Shown: piece after piece, positions 1 to 9,730 of the stretch
Position numbering within the stretch: position 1 is the first letter of the stretch
Layout of the letters: the number at the start of each line of letters is the position of its first letter
IMG/VR virus record: IMGVR_UViG_3300046513_000348
Coordinates: 124,001 to 188,000 of that record
Strand: one strand, 5' to 3'
Length of the DNA: 64,000 bases
Notes under the pieces: generated by a model
Told to the model about the DNA's origin: nothing
The model's database searches: none
The model's input: the letters and a program-made list of their open reading frames with translations, nothing else
Translations under genes and position numbers: made by a program

Positions 1-2074
1 TACGTGAAACGAAGACGTTTACGAAGCGATGAAGACCTTCCGCAATCGCCCCACTCGTCGGCGATAATGCAATGTGTGCCATCTTCGCCACTCGTTCGTT
101 CATGATTGCTTCGTCCAGCTGATACTGGATCTCGTCCACGATCTGCTGCTGGCTGGTCAGTTGCGCTAATGCATCTTCCTTCCGTGCCAGTTGAGTTTGA
201 AGGGAAAGGATCAGTTGCCACAAGGCCTCCTGGAAACGGCTATACACATAGCCCTTGATGTGATCTTGGTGAACGCCATGTGCACTGAGCATCTTTTCGT
301 GCAGTGCTGCAACACGATTGCTCTGTTGGATCAGGTTCTCGACGTCGGCCAGTTCTTCCGTCAGGCCTTTCAGCTTACGAGTCTGAACGCCCATCTTCTC
401 TTCGATACCAGACATTTCGGTTTCGATGGATTCGAGAGTATCAGCGTCGAGATTCTTTTTGAGCTCGATCTGTTCTTGCGCAGATTCCAAGATCTTCTTC
501 TGCTTGGCGATCTCGACTTGATGCTCGATGTCGCTTTGCATAGTGTAAAGCTCGGCTGCCACACTGCCCGGATATTGTATCAGGCGATTGTTCTGCGTGA
601 TCTCGTTAAAGTAAGCACGAAGGTTCGGAGCGGAACGCATCATGTTGATGACGTTGCGATAGGCGTCAGCATACTCGGTGTATTCCGCCATGTACTTCGA
701 CTCATCGCTGATCCGCTGGACCAGATTGTCCGAATCTTCCTTCAACTGAGCCAATACCGTTTCGGCTTTCTTGATATCGTCTTCCGACGCTTTCGTGGTC
801 CAGGAATGCGAGCATTGCGGGCAAGTGATCGAATCTTTCTGGACGTGATCGCGACGATGCTCGATATCGGCATTTAAACGCGATATGCGGGCCTGTAGGG
901 CCGTGTACTGGCCCGAATGCTGAGTGAGTCGAGCCTGAGCCATCTCGGCCTTCTCGCGCGTATAAACACCGTCGTTGGAAGGCAGGCTAGAAATCTTGTC
1001 GTAGAGCTCGTGATAGATTTCTTTCAGCGTAGCCGCCATCTGGACCGCGTCGAACTCGATCCGGACATTAGGAAGAGCAATGAAGGTCTCTTCATAAGCG
1101 ATGGTTTCCTTAGCCGTGGTTACCTTGGCTTGGAGTTCAGCCAGAGATTCTGTACCGGCCTTCACCAGCATGTCATACTTCTTCTTGACACGGGAGTGCT
1201 CGGTGTACAGGTGCTGCTGCATTTGTTGTGCAGCAGCGATCTCGATCTTGATCACATCACGGCAGTCGAGCAGATCCTGATGGTTATCATGACCCGACGA
1301 AGTAATCAGTTCGGTATTGAGCCGATCGATCTCGTTACCGTAACGATCCAGGTCATGCCAGTTCGATTCCAACACTTGCAATACTTCCGGACCTTTCTTG
1401 GCCTCAGCATTGCGCATGTCGTAGATCTCACCAATCAGGGCCTTGATATCGTAGACTTCGTTGTTCAGGGTCTTGATGACGTTTGCATCTGCCAGCTTGA
1501 TGCGTTCATCCACCAGACGCTTCTGCAAGCGCTTGATTGCGCCCTGTGCGTCACGGTGTGCTTCCTGGAGCTTCTTGTAGATACTCATGGCGTAGGTGAA
1601 GTCGGTATCGGCCAGTCGAACCAGCCAGTAACGACGACGACCAGGACTCATGGTGGTCAGGAGTTCTTTGCCCAATGCCAGAGCACGGATTTCATTGGTG
1701 ATGTGGAAATGCTCTTCGACCAGAGCACGGTACATCTCGATCTTACCGTCACCATTCATCTCCACGCCATCGCACATAAAGCTATGATGAGGCTTCGGCC
1801 CTTCAAATGACGACGACAGTTCGTAGAACTTGCCGTTGTATTGGATGTCGATTTCTTTGCGACCATTGATACCAAAGTCATCTTTATCGGCAGGCAGTGG
1901 CCACATCTCGTTCATGAGGGAGCTCTTACCGCTACCGTTCGTTCCCAGAACCATCTGGAGAATGTACAGCAAATCGGGCGTGTACAGGAAGCGTTTGATT
2001 CCTGCCAGGGACATACGGGTGTAGTTAACGAGCAGCAGTCTCGTGATAACCATCTTGCTTTCGGGATTACTCAT
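1..2074 (-). CDS. SbcC/Rad50-like (SMC-family) ATPase, 3'-truncated by window edge (phiKZ gp165-like)
   Basis: Translated by hand from ATG 2074: MSNPESKMVITRLLLVNYTRMS...VLGTNGSGKSSLMNE (Walker A), then long coiled coil. The frame is also open at the left edge (...ALSPTSGAIAEGLHRFVNVFVSR). Absent from the ORF track because it runs off the edge. Confidence 0.85.
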   Translation of the reverse strand, partial: MSNPESKMVITRLLLVNYTRMSLAGIKRFLYTPDLLYILQMVLGTNGSGKSSLMNEMWPLPADKDDFGINGRKEIDIQYNGKFYELSSSFEGPKPHHSFMCDGVEMNGDGKIEMYRALVEEHFHITNEIRALALGKELLTTMSPGRRRYWLVRLADTDFTYAMSIYKKLQEAHRDAQGAIKRLQKRLVDERIKLADANVIKTLNNEVYDIKALIGEIYDMRNAEAKKGPEVLQVLESNWHDLDRYGNEIDRLNTELITSSGHDNHQDLLDCRDVIKIEIAAAQQMQQHLYTEHSRVKKKYDMLVKAGTESLAELQAKVTTAKETIAYEETFIALPNVRIEFDAVQMAATLKEIYHELYDKISSLPSNDGVYTREKAEMAQARLTQHSGQYTALQARISRLNADIEHRRDHVQKDSITCPQCSHSWTTKASEDDIKKAETVLAQLKEDSDNLVQRISDESKYMAEYTEYADAYRNVINMMRSAPNLRAYFNEITQNNRLIQYPGSVAAELYTMQSDIEHQVEIAKQKKILESAQEQIELKKNLDADTLESIETEMSGIEEKMGVQTRKLKGLTEELADVENLIQQSNRVAALHEKMLSAHGVHQDHIKGYVYSRFQEALWQLILSLQTQLARKEDALAQLTSQQQIVDEIQYQLDEAIMNERVAKMAHIALSPTSGAIAEGLHRFVNVFVSR

Positions 2075-2142
2075 TGCGTCCTCATGGGTGACGTGCACTT
2101 TTACAAATAATACGACTTAGGGATAAAAAATTAGGAACCCAC

Positions 2143-3195
2143 ATGGAAGCCTCAAAGTTTCATTTCTACTCATTCGGCACAGTTGCGGCAAATAAACCGC
2201 GCCGTGGCCCGGATGGACACATCTGTGACCTCGTTGAAGTCTTCCCGAAAGAGAAGTTCACGATGTCGGCAGGCGAAATCACTGACAACGTTGACAAGAT
2301 CGAAGTAAAGGGCAAAGATGCTAGCGGTCAAGATCATCAGGGCGAAATCAAAACCAAGCCCTCTCTCACCTGCAAATGGATCCCCATTGGTGAGCCAAAC
2401 CGAATCACTCCTCCAGACGTCCGACGCGGAGAAGAAGTTATCATCTACCGGTACGCCGACACACAGTTCTACTTCTGGACAACTGCGTTCAACAACCTCC
2501 TCCGAAAGCTAGAGACGGTTGCATGGTGGATCTCTGGTACTGATGATGAAACCGAAAGCGAACGTGGTCCGGATAACGGCTACTTCATCGAACTCTCGTC
2601 GCATGAGAAGCATCTTATCTTCTCCACCAGTAAAAAGAATGGTGAGGTAGTTCGTTACTATCTGCAATTCAATATGGCAGACGGTAACTTCCTTCTCCAG
2701 GATGACCTCGGTCAAACCATTCTGATCGACTCCGTGGCAGGCATCATTGAAGTCACGTCCGAGAACGAGATCATTCACAACACGAAGAAGTACACGATCA
2801 ACACCGACGAGTACATCCTCAACTGCAAGACCTCTGTGGTCAATGCAAGCGAAAGCGCGACCACGAATACGAAAGCATTCACGGTCAATGCAGACGACAG
2901 TTCGACGACTACGACGAAGAACTTCGACGTCACGGCAAGTTCGGGCACCAGCTTCACTACTCCGGATGCGAAGTTCAGCGCCAAGGTCACTATTGCTGGC
3001 CTGCTGACTTGGAGCGGCGGCATGAGCGGTTCTGGCTCCTCTGGCGGCGGAGGCGCTTCGGCAACCATTGCTGGCAAGGTTGCCGTTACTGGCGGAGATG
3101 TTACCGTCAGCGGCGATGTCACGGCAGGCGGTATCAGCCTCAAGGGTCACGTTCACACGGATCCACAGGGCGGCAAGACTGGCGGACCAAGCTAA
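2143..3195 (+). CDS. Baseplate central spike (gpV/gp5-like; phiKZ gp164-like)
   Basis: OB-fold-like N-terminus (PDVRRGEEVIIYRY), beta-helix-like T/S/N repeats, and C-terminal GGISLKGHVHTD with the HxH metal-binding tip motif. Confidence 0.8.
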   Translation: MEASKFHFYSFGTVAANKPRRGPDGHICDLVEVFPKEKFTMSAGEITDNVDKIEVKGKDASGQDHQGEIKTKPSLTCKWIPIGEPNRITPPDVRRGEEVIIYRYADTQFYFWTTAFNNLLRKLETVAWWISGTDDETESERGPDNGYFIELSSHEKHLIFSTSKKNGEVVRYYLQFNMADGNFLLQDDLGQTILIDSVAGIIEVTSENEIIHNTKKYTINTDEYILNCKTSVVNASESATTNTKAFTVNADDSSTTTTKNFDVTASSGTSFTTPDAKFSAKVTIAGLLTWSGGMSGSGSSGGGGASATIAGKVAVTGGDVTVSGDVTAGGISLKGHVHTDPQGGKTGGPS

Positions 3196-3213
3196 ACAAA
3201 AACGAAAGGCATA

Positions 3214-3245
3214 CACATGGAGAGGGCTCGCGCCCTCTCCATGTG
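3214..3245. terminator. Bidirectional stem-loop between convergent genes
   Basis: CACATGGAGAGGGC-TCGC-GCCCTCTCCATGTG perfect 14-bp stem with an A-rich left flank. Confidence 0.8.
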
Positions 3246-3246
3246 C

Positions 3247-4518
3247 TTATGTCGTACGGATTTCGATTTGCTCGTCGATGAGCTTCAGGAAGTAACCACC
3301 ACCGTAGCGCCCAGCATCGCCCAGATACAGAGCGTTGTCCAGTGCCACGAGATCGGTAGTGCCAACCGTCTGGTACATGTAGTTGCGTTTGTAGGTATCA
3401 TGGCAGCGCATGACCCATGAGCCCGCTTCTTCCTGAGACCAGTACACCTCATGCTTTCCTTCACCCACTACGAGAGGCCACTTGGGTTCCACGTAATTCA
3501 TGAAGGTATGCGGTACGGTTTGTTCTTCCGGATAAGCCCGCTCGACGACCAGATGCTTGGTATCGACCAGAATCAGGAAGGACTGACTCATGGTGAAGTA
3601 CTGACGCAGGAACTCTTCGTTCTTGAAGGCGTCCACTCGGATCCAGTCTTCGTTGTCGGTCGTGTGACGCGGATCGAAGTCGCCGAAGTCCAAATGGTTC
3701 TTGGATTCGAAGTACCGCTCGAAGAACGGATATTTGCGAGTCTTGAACGTGAGGATCTCGGGACTGCGCAGGAGCAGGTTCTCCGAATCGATCATGACCA
3801 TGTAACCGCCCAGGATCAGAATCGGAGTCTTGCCACACATGTCGCAGTCTTCGAACTTCAGGTTGACCATGTCCACCTGCATCGTCGTTTCGTCTTTCTC
3901 GAACGTCAGATGGTCAGCGGTGATTTCCTGGATTTCCATTTCGCCGAAGGTAGCGAAGGAAAGCAGGCCGATGTAGTTCTGGTTGGACTTCAAACGCGTC
4001 TTGTTGCCGTTGACGATGTAGAAGCCCTTGCTGTCGGCGGCAGTGCGGTGGTAGAAACCATTCACATTGCCCAGTACTTTCTTACGGAACGACAGGTAAT
4101 CGAAACCATCCGGATCGTCTTCGCCAGTGACCACGAGGTGAGGCTTTTGCTCCTCTTCCAGCACGACGCCTTCGCCGACATTGTAGTCGATCGATTGTAC
4201 GTCGTAACCTGCACGGAATGCATCGCGGAAAACTGCGTTGTTGCGGAGAATAACGGGAGCACCATCGACGGTTGGGAGCGACTTGTTGCCGATAGCCGAC
4301 AGATAGTCTGAAATCGTACCACTACCCACCTGGATTTCTGCACCGATATCCCAGAGGTTCAGCGTCATTTCGTCGATCTTCGTCGCATGTTTCAGCACGA
4401 CGTAAATCTGACGGTATTTCGTTAGAAGAGTATTGATAGGATCCGTCGAAATGTCGACTTCTTGCCAGCGTTCGTTGGCACCGGGTTTAACGGCAATTGC
4501 TCGGAGAAAAGTATACAT
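3247..4518 (-). CDS. Putative virion structural protein (phiKZ gp162/163-like by position)
   Basis: 423-aa ORF with phage-typical codon usage next to the spike gene. The assignment is from synteny and recalled similarity. Confidence 0.55.
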   Translation of the reverse strand: MYTFLRAIAVKPGANERWQEVDISTDPINTLLTKYRQIYVVLKHATKIDEMTLNLWDIGAEIQVGSGTISDYLSAIGNKSLPTVDGAPVILRNNAVFRDAFRAGYDVQSIDYNVGEGVVLEEEQKPHLVVTGEDDPDGFDYLSFRKKVLGNVNGFYHRTAADSKGFYIVNGNKTRLKSNQNYIGLLSFATFGEMEIQEITADHLTFEKDETTMQVDMVNLKFEDCDMCGKTPILILGGYMVMIDSENLLLRSPEILTFKTRKYPFFERYFESKNHLDFGDFDPRHTTDNEDWIRVDAFKNEEFLRQYFTMSQSFLILVDTKHLVVERAYPEEQTVPHTFMNYVEPKWPLVVGEGKHEVYWSQEEAGSWVMRCHDTYKRNYMYQTVGTTDLVALDNALYLGDAGRYGGGYFLKLIDEQIEIRTT

Positions 4519-4528
4519 AAGACCTCGC

Positions 4529-4560
4529 TTCTTGACCCCCTGGGGTCAAGAATATTATGA
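4529..4560 (+). promoter_or_regulatory. Hairpin followed by TATTATG, candidate late promoter for tail-fibre operon
   Basis: TTCTTGACCCC/GGGGTCAAGAA inverted repeat, then TATG in the divergent intergenic gap. TATG is the published phiKZ late-promoter core. Confidence 0.35.
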
Positions 4561-4601
4561 CCTCAAAAATAAAGTTTTATCTTATTTAACGGAGAATATC
4601 C

Positions 4602-6488
4602 ATGGCTGATCCCGTTGTGAGTTACCCGTTTGACCCCACGGGTCAGGCGAGTACCAACAGAATCGTGGGAGAACCGATTAGCGTCCTGCCTCCCGGCGAT
4701 CGTCTTTTTCATTATGCGATGCCCAAGTTCGCGCCGTTCTTCGAAGAAGGACTGGTCGTCAAGCTTCGCGACCTGAGTAACAATGTCATAACATTGACGA
4801 AGGGTGTCGACTTCTACCTCAGTCACAAGTTCATGGATGCGTCTCTCGCTACCATGCACCCGATCTGGGGCTCGATCTCGTTCCTTCGTCGCGACATCGC
4901 TGGTACCCTCATCGTCGACTACAACACGCTCGGCGGTATCTGGACCATCGATTCGGCTACGATCACGGAAATCCTGGTCAACACCATTCGTAATCCGCGC
5001 ATCACGTCGTGGGAACAAGTGGTGGAGCGTCCAGTCGACTTCCCGGTCATCGATCACGTCTGGAATCTGGACGACATGGTCGGCCAGAAAGAGATCCTGG
5101 AAGTCCTGCAAAACTTCTACACCGCATATCTCGTCAGCCTCGATCCGGCATCGGAAGGCGGTGGTGGCGGTATCATCACGGATCACATCAACAACAAGAA
5201 CAATCCGCACCAAGTCACGGCAGCTCAAGTCGGCGCGTACTCCACCATCCAGATGGATACGAAGCTGGGCGAGTATTTGCCGAAGACCGGTACGGCAGTA
5301 GATTCCACCAAGTTCGACGGCATCACCATGGCACAGCTCATGGACAACGTTGCCAATACCAAAGTCCAGAATGCAGTTCATGCCGACAACGTCGATCATG
5401 CTTCTACTGCTGGTACTGCGGACAATGCAAGTAAGCTGGAAAGCAAGTCGCTGGCTGAAATCATGCAAGACGTGGCAACTGCAACGGTGGCTAACGCTAC
5501 CAAGTTCGCAGGCAAGACCTACGCTGAAGCAACTGTTGATATCCTGGCGGGTAAGTCGGCTGACTCGGCTAAACTGGAAGGCAAAACGCTGAACGAGATC
5601 ATCGCACAGCTCCAGCAATCTTCCGGTGACGCTTCTACGCTTTCGGGTAAGACCCTGACGGCGATCATGAATGACGTCAAGACCACCGAAGTCAACCTGG
5701 CACTGCGTTCTGAAAATGCCGACAATTCGAGCCTGCTGGGTGGCAAATCGCTGGGTCAAATCCTCGATGCCGTGGCTGGTACCATTCCTGATCTGGCTCA
5801 CAATTCCGAACGTGTGTATGGCTATACGTTCGACCAGCTGATCGAGAACTTCCTGCAAAACCCTGCCTACGTTGCCAATCTGGATTATCGTATCGATCTG
5901 GTCACGCTGGAAACGGCACCGGTCATCCATACCAACGATGGCGGCAGTCAAGATGCCAACTACCGTTACGTTCGCATCGGCAGCTTCCCGATCCCGACTA
6001 CCCTGGCACTGAATGGTACCGAGGTATTCGATCCGGCGGCGAAGCAACTGTCGGTTTCCATGTCGCTGATGTTCTACTTCGAAGACCATGTTCATACCCT
6101 GCGCGCTCACGCTTCGGTCGTGACGGGTACTCGTACGTTCAACGTGGAGTACTTCTCGGATACGAACCTGGGAACCGATCTGTATCTGGGTATCGATAAC
6201 TCGGATAGCACCATGAAGTCCGAGGACGGCACCAAGACGGCGAAGAATGCAATTCTCTACGCCAAGATCAAGTCCACGGTAATGCCGCGTGCCTACGGTG
6301 CGTTCCTTCCCCTGCAAAACTACTTCGCGTTGGAAGATCCGGATGTGCCTCTGGTCTACGACAGCACCTGCAAAGTCATTAACCCAGTTACCTGGAAAGA
6401 TCCGGCTGGCGCGGCCAGTGGCGATCAAGTGGAGTTCGATCAGGCAGCTGATTCCCTGAACGCTCTCCTGGTAACTCCAGCGGCGTAA
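4602..6488 (+). CDS. Tail-fibre-like virion protein
   Basis: N-terminal YPFDPTG...NRI module typical of jumbo-phage fibre proteins, HINNKNNPHQVTAAQVGAY collar motif and internal shaft repeats. Confidence 0.7.
   Translation: MADPVVSYPFDPTGQASTNRIVGEPISVLPPGDRLFHYAMPKFAPFFEEGLVVKLRDLSNNVITLTKGVDFYLSHKFMDASLATMHPIWGSISFLRRDIAGTLIVDYNTLGGIWTIDSATITEILVNTIRNPRITSWEQVVERPVDFPVIDHVWNLDDMVGQKEILEVLQNFYTAYLVSLDPASEGGGGGIITDHINNKNNPHQVTAAQVGAYSTIQMDTKLGEYLPKTGTAVDSTKFDGITMAQLMDNVANTKVQNAVHADNVDHASTAGTADNASKLESKSLAEIMQDVATATVANATKFAGKTYAEATVDILAGKSADSAKLEGKTLNEIIAQLQQSSGDASTLSGKTLTAIMNDVKTTEVNLALRSENADNSSLLGGKSLGQILDAVAGTIPDLAHNSERVYGYTFDQLIENFLQNPAYVANLDYRIDLVTLETAPVIHTNDGGSQDANYRYVRIGSFPIPTTLALNGTEVFDPAAKQLSVSMSLMFYFEDHVHTLRAHASVVTGTRTFNVEYFSDTNLGTDLYLGIDNSDSTMKSEDGTKTAKNAILYAKIKSTVMPRAYGAFLPLQNYFALEDPDVPLVYDSTCKVINPVTWKDPAGAASGDQVEFDQAADSLNALLVTPAA
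5290..5790 (+). repeat. Intragenic peptide repeats A-x-(D/N)-(S/A)-x-K-(L/F)-x-G-K-(S/T)-L-x-x-I (about 6 copies)
   Basis: AVDSTKFDG, ADNASKLESKSL, ANATKFAGKTY, ADSAKLEGKTL, GDASTLSGKTL and ADNSSLLGGKSL in the 628-aa protein. Confidence 0.7.
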
Positions 6489-6497
6489 AGAGAAATC

Positions 6498-7520
6498 ATG
6501 GCTGATACCAATATCCTCCCACCTTCCCATTCGTTCGATGAGACCGGCGTCTTGCCGGAGAACTACATCGAAAACGAAATGCGTTTCCTTGCGGATCGTA
6601 CTTATCGTGCAGTGGCTCCTCGTTTCGGCGCTTTCTTCATTGAAGGCTTCCGCATTCGCGATGGCAACGGCAACGACATCCCGAAAAGCAAGTACCAGTA
6701 CGCACTGTACAACAACACCTTGTCGGCCAAGTGCGGCAAGGACGTGATTGGCGCTATCGTCATCACTGACCCGACCGTGGTATCGCCCATCTACATGGAC
6801 TATCACTGCGTCGGCGGCCCGTGGGGTGCTTCCAACGAGCGCATCATCGAGATGTTCTACGAGCTGATGAAGGATCGTCCGGTTGCCTGGCCGAACATCC
6901 TCGGTAAGCCGGATGCCTACAAGCCCGCTCACCACTTCCAGGATATCGGCGACCTGTACGGTGCTGAATACTTCGTGGAAGCCCTCGAGCGTCTGACCGA
7001 TGCCATCCTGATGGGTGACTCGGCATCGCACGATGAGATCTGGCGTCGTATGGACGAAATGCGTACTGAGCTCAAAGGCAATATCGACGATCTCAGTAAG
7101 GCACTGAACAAACGTATCGACGACACCGATGCAGCCCTGCGCCAACTCGTTGCCGATACTAAGGCCGACCTGACCCAACAGATCGCCAACCTTCGCAGTG
7201 ACATGAACGCTGCGGACAATGCGATCAACCAGCGTATTACCAATGTGCAAAACACGTTGCAAGGTAACATCGATGCAGTGGCGCGTTCCCTGTCGTCGCA
7301 CGTCAACGATTGGGGCAATCCACACCACACCAGCTACGGTCAAGTGGGTACCTACTCCACGACCGACATCGATGCCAAAGACAAGGCAATCAAGGACTCC
7401 CTCACGAACTATGTGAAGAAGGACACCAACGAGAATCTGTCGCTCAGTATCGCAGGCGGACAGCTCTTTGGTTACGTCAATGGCGTATGGCAGATCATCT
7501 GGCCGGCTCAGTGGTCCTAA
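6498..7520 (+). CDS. Tail-fibre-associated virion protein with coiled coil
   Basis: GAFF...YHCVGG module, central heptad coiled coil, HVNDWGNPHHTSYGQVGTY collar motif and a short C-terminal YVNGVWQIIWPAQWS. Confidence 0.65.
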   Translation: MADTNILPPSHSFDETGVLPENYIENEMRFLADRTYRAVAPRFGAFFIEGFRIRDGNGNDIPKSKYQYALYNNTLSAKCGKDVIGAIVITDPTVVSPIYMDYHCVGGPWGASNERIIEMFYELMKDRPVAWPNILGKPDAYKPAHHFQDIGDLYGAEYFVEALERLTDAILMGDSASHDEIWRRMDEMRTELKGNIDDLSKALNKRIDDTDAALRQLVADTKADLTQQIANLRSDMNAADNAINQRITNVQNTLQGNIDAVARSLSSHVNDWGNPHHTSYGQVGTYSTTDIDAKDKAIKDSLTNYVKKDTNENLSLSIAGGQLFGYVNGVWQIIWPAQWS

Positions 7521-7575
7521 AATAAAAAGCAATACCTCGTGAAGATATGGTGTCCACCATTCTTAGGAGTCTAAC

Positions 7576-8106
7576 ATGAAATCTCAGCAGGCAATCAACG
7601 TACTCGCAGCCCTCAACTCGTTTACGCCAGTGCCAGCGGATTTGATGCTCCTCGAGGTATTGTCTTCGCCATACCCTTATCAACAGGGTATGGTTAAAGC
7701 GATTCTCGAGGGCGGTAAACAGATCACCCTCGAGAGCGCTGAAGAAATGTGGCCGTATGTTCGTAACGGCTGCCTCAAGATTGAGGGCATGGAAAAACTG
7801 AGCCAGAAGCTCTGGGATTTCTGTAACCTCGTCCGCACGGAGCGTGGCCGTTACAAGCCCGTCTCGTGCCACATCTTCAATGCGACTCAAGGTGCTCCCA
7901 GTTTTCCGGATCATACCGATCCGGAAGATGTATACCTCTATGTCGTCGGCGGCGAGAAAACTCTCATCGTCGAGGGTAAAGAGGTCGTACTCAAGGCTGG
8001 CGATTCGCTCTGCATTCCTGCGGGTACGACTCATCGTGCCGTGAATCACAAAGCTTCCTGCATGCTCAGCATCGGCTTTGACAAGTTTATTCTGGAGAAG
8101 CTCTGA
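7576..8106 (+). CDS. JmjC/cupin-type Fe(II)/2OG oxygenase (Cupin_4/ROX-like core)
   Basis: FPDHTDPEDV (HxD), GGEKTL (K) and LKAGDSLCIPAGTTHRA (distal His). SD AGGAG upstream. Confidence 0.75.
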   Translation: MKSQQAINVLAALNSFTPVPADLMLLEVLSSPYPYQQGMVKAILEGGKQITLESAEEMWPYVRNGCLKIEGMEKLSQKLWDFCNLVRTERGRYKPVSCHIFNATQGAPSFPDHTDPEDVYLYVVGGEKTLIVEGKEVVLKAGDSLCIPAGTTHRAVNHKASCMLSIGFDKFILEKL

Positions 8107-9173
8107 TGCACAGAACAGTTTATATCAAGACGACGGAAGCCTGCCAGCTGAATTGCAAGCATTGTTTCACTGGCGGCAATGGTCCTGCTCGTACTTTCCT
8201 CGACATGGACAAGACCGAGCAATGGATCCGTCGTTTCAATAATGCGATTACGCCCCGTGACGAAGTTCACTTCGAACTGCATGGCGGCGAACCTTTCCTG
8301 GCTCCCGTTGACATGCTGAAGCGCTTAACCCGCGCTATCCGTGTCTGGGGTCCTGCATTGCACACGGTCGGCGCCACGACTAACCTCGTGTACAAAATGT
8401 CCGACGAGTTGTTCTGGTTCATCAAGAACGATCTCGACAGCATCGCAACCAGCTGGGACAAGGGTATCCGTTTCGAGAATCCTAAGCAGGAAGATCTGTG
8501 GCGGACGAACTTGAAACGTCTGATTGACGCTGGCATCAAAGTCGTTCTGAACGTCAGCGTGTCTCGCGCGGTTGTCGAGATGGATCAGGAGGAGCTCGTT
8601 AAGTTCCTTCGTGATACCGGTTGCTACAAAGTGCAGTTCGACCGCATCACCCAAAACGGCAATGCCAACAATCACCTGGACCTCTTCCCCAGCAACGCAG
8701 AAATCAACCAGTGGTATCTGCGCATGCATGCAGCAACTGAAAAGCTGAATGCTCGGGAATGGTTCTACAACTCGGCACTGGAAGATGTGTATGCCAAGTT
8801 CGAGAAAGGTAACTCCTGCTCGGGTACTTTTTGCCGTGACTGCGAAGAGACGATTCTCACGCTGAACGCAGACGGTACGATCGGCGGTTGTCCTAACTCG
8901 GCACCAGAAGAATATTTCGGCAACATCGATATGTTGATGCACCAGCTCCATACTGCCCCGAAGCGTATCGACCTGATGACGAAGGAGAAGGTCCGCAACG
9001 ACCACTGCTTCACCTGCCCGGTATTCAGTTACTGCGGCAGCGATTGTCACCGACTTGAATGGGAAGGCGACGTGTGTGCTTCTCCACGTCAGCTAATGCT
9101 CAAGCTTGCCGGTTTGCCGTACGAAGAAGTCAAAATCCCCAGTAAAAAGTTCATTCCTATTAAGGCCGTCTAA
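8106..9173 (+). CDS. Radical SAM/SPASM-domain protein (rSAM-1)
   Basis: YIKTTEACQLNCKHC (CxxxCxxC), HGGEPFL and SPASM Cys set CSGTFCRDC...GGCPN...CFTCPVFSYCGSDC...C. TGATG overlap with the cupin gene. Confidence 0.92.
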   Translation: MHRTVYIKTTEACQLNCKHCFTGGNGPARTFLDMDKTEQWIRRFNNAITPRDEVHFELHGGEPFLAPVDMLKRLTRAIRVWGPALHTVGATTNLVYKMSDELFWFIKNDLDSIATSWDKGIRFENPKQEDLWRTNLKRLIDAGIKVVLNVSVSRAVVEMDQEELVKFLRDTGCYKVQFDRITQNGNANNHLDLFPSNAEINQWYLRMHAATEKLNAREWFYNSALEDVYAKFEKGNSCSGTFCRDCEETILTLNADGTIGGCPNSAPEEYFGNIDMLMHQLHTAPKRIDLMTKEKVRNDHCFTCPVFSYCGSDCHRLEWEGDVCASPRQLMLKLAGLPYEEVKIPSKKFIPIKAV

Positions 9174-9175
9174 TC

Positions 9176-9709
9176 ATGGTTGCAATTTACAAAACCGACA
9201 TGGACCCGTCCGCTCAGGCTTACCTGACGAACGGTGTCAACAACATGGGCGTGTACACGAGTGGCAACGCTCCTCCCAATACGAACACTGGCCGCTTGAC
9301 CAGCTACAACCGCAATCCGCCGGAAAGCTACCCGTCGCGATATCTGAGCGGCGCCGTCAAAGCGCCTCGGCTGAAAGAGCTGATGATCGCTCTGGCTTCG
9401 AACTACTATATGCTGGGTCGTGGCAATTACGGCCTGCGTAATACCGATTCGACCACGAATCGAGAATGGTACACCGGTACCGGTAGCGGTATCTTCGCTC
9501 TGTCCGGCGTGAACAACGGTATCGCCGGTGCTGCAGCCGGTGCTCCACTTCCGGCAGTTCCAAGTCCGATCACCCATGCCCGTGCATCGGACATCTACGG
9601 CTACGGCTGGGCGCAACTGCAAAGCTGTATCAGTACCGTGAGCGTTGACCTGACCGTCTGCCACAGTTCTTGCCACACCTCGTGCCACGGCTCCCGTGGT
9701 CGTCGTTAA
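9176..9709 (+). CDS. Candidate substrate/precursor protein with C-terminal (CHxS)3-RGRR motif
   Basis: 177 aa, N/G/S/T-rich body, ends VCHSSCHTSCHGSRGRR. Starts 2 nt after the rSAM-1 stop. Confidence 0.7.
   Translation: MVAIYKTDMDPSAQAYLTNGVNNMGVYTSGNAPPNTNTGRLTSYNRNPPESYPSRYLSGAVKAPRLKELMIALASNYYMLGRGNYGLRNTDSTTNREWYTGTGSGIFALSGVNNGIAGAAAGAPLPAVPSPITHARASDIYGYGWAQLQSCISTVSVDLTVCHSSCHTSCHGSRGRR
9659..9694 (+). repeat. Three tandem 12-nt units TGCCAC-N6 encoding CHxS
   Basis: TGCCACAGTTCT TGCCACACCTCG TGCCACGGCTCC. Confidence 0.9.
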
Positions 9710-9730
9710 TAAACACTGAAGGAAACCTCC

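Noticed and set aside
191-2110. Plus-strand ORFs 191-877, 917-1810 and 1841-2110
   Set aside because: These are antisense shadows of the SbcC-like gene. Strong C-ending codon bias on the coding strand leaves few stops on the opposite strand.
4563-7532. 989-aa minus-strand ORF
   Set aside because: It mirrors the two fibre genes in register, with no motifs or SD and unnatural V/D/R/H composition.
9659-9694. Tandem TGCCAC repeats as a possible CRISPR or mini-array
   Set aside because: The period is 12 nt, in frame and coding, with no 25-40 nt repeats or unique spacers. No CRISPR array was seen anywhere in the window.
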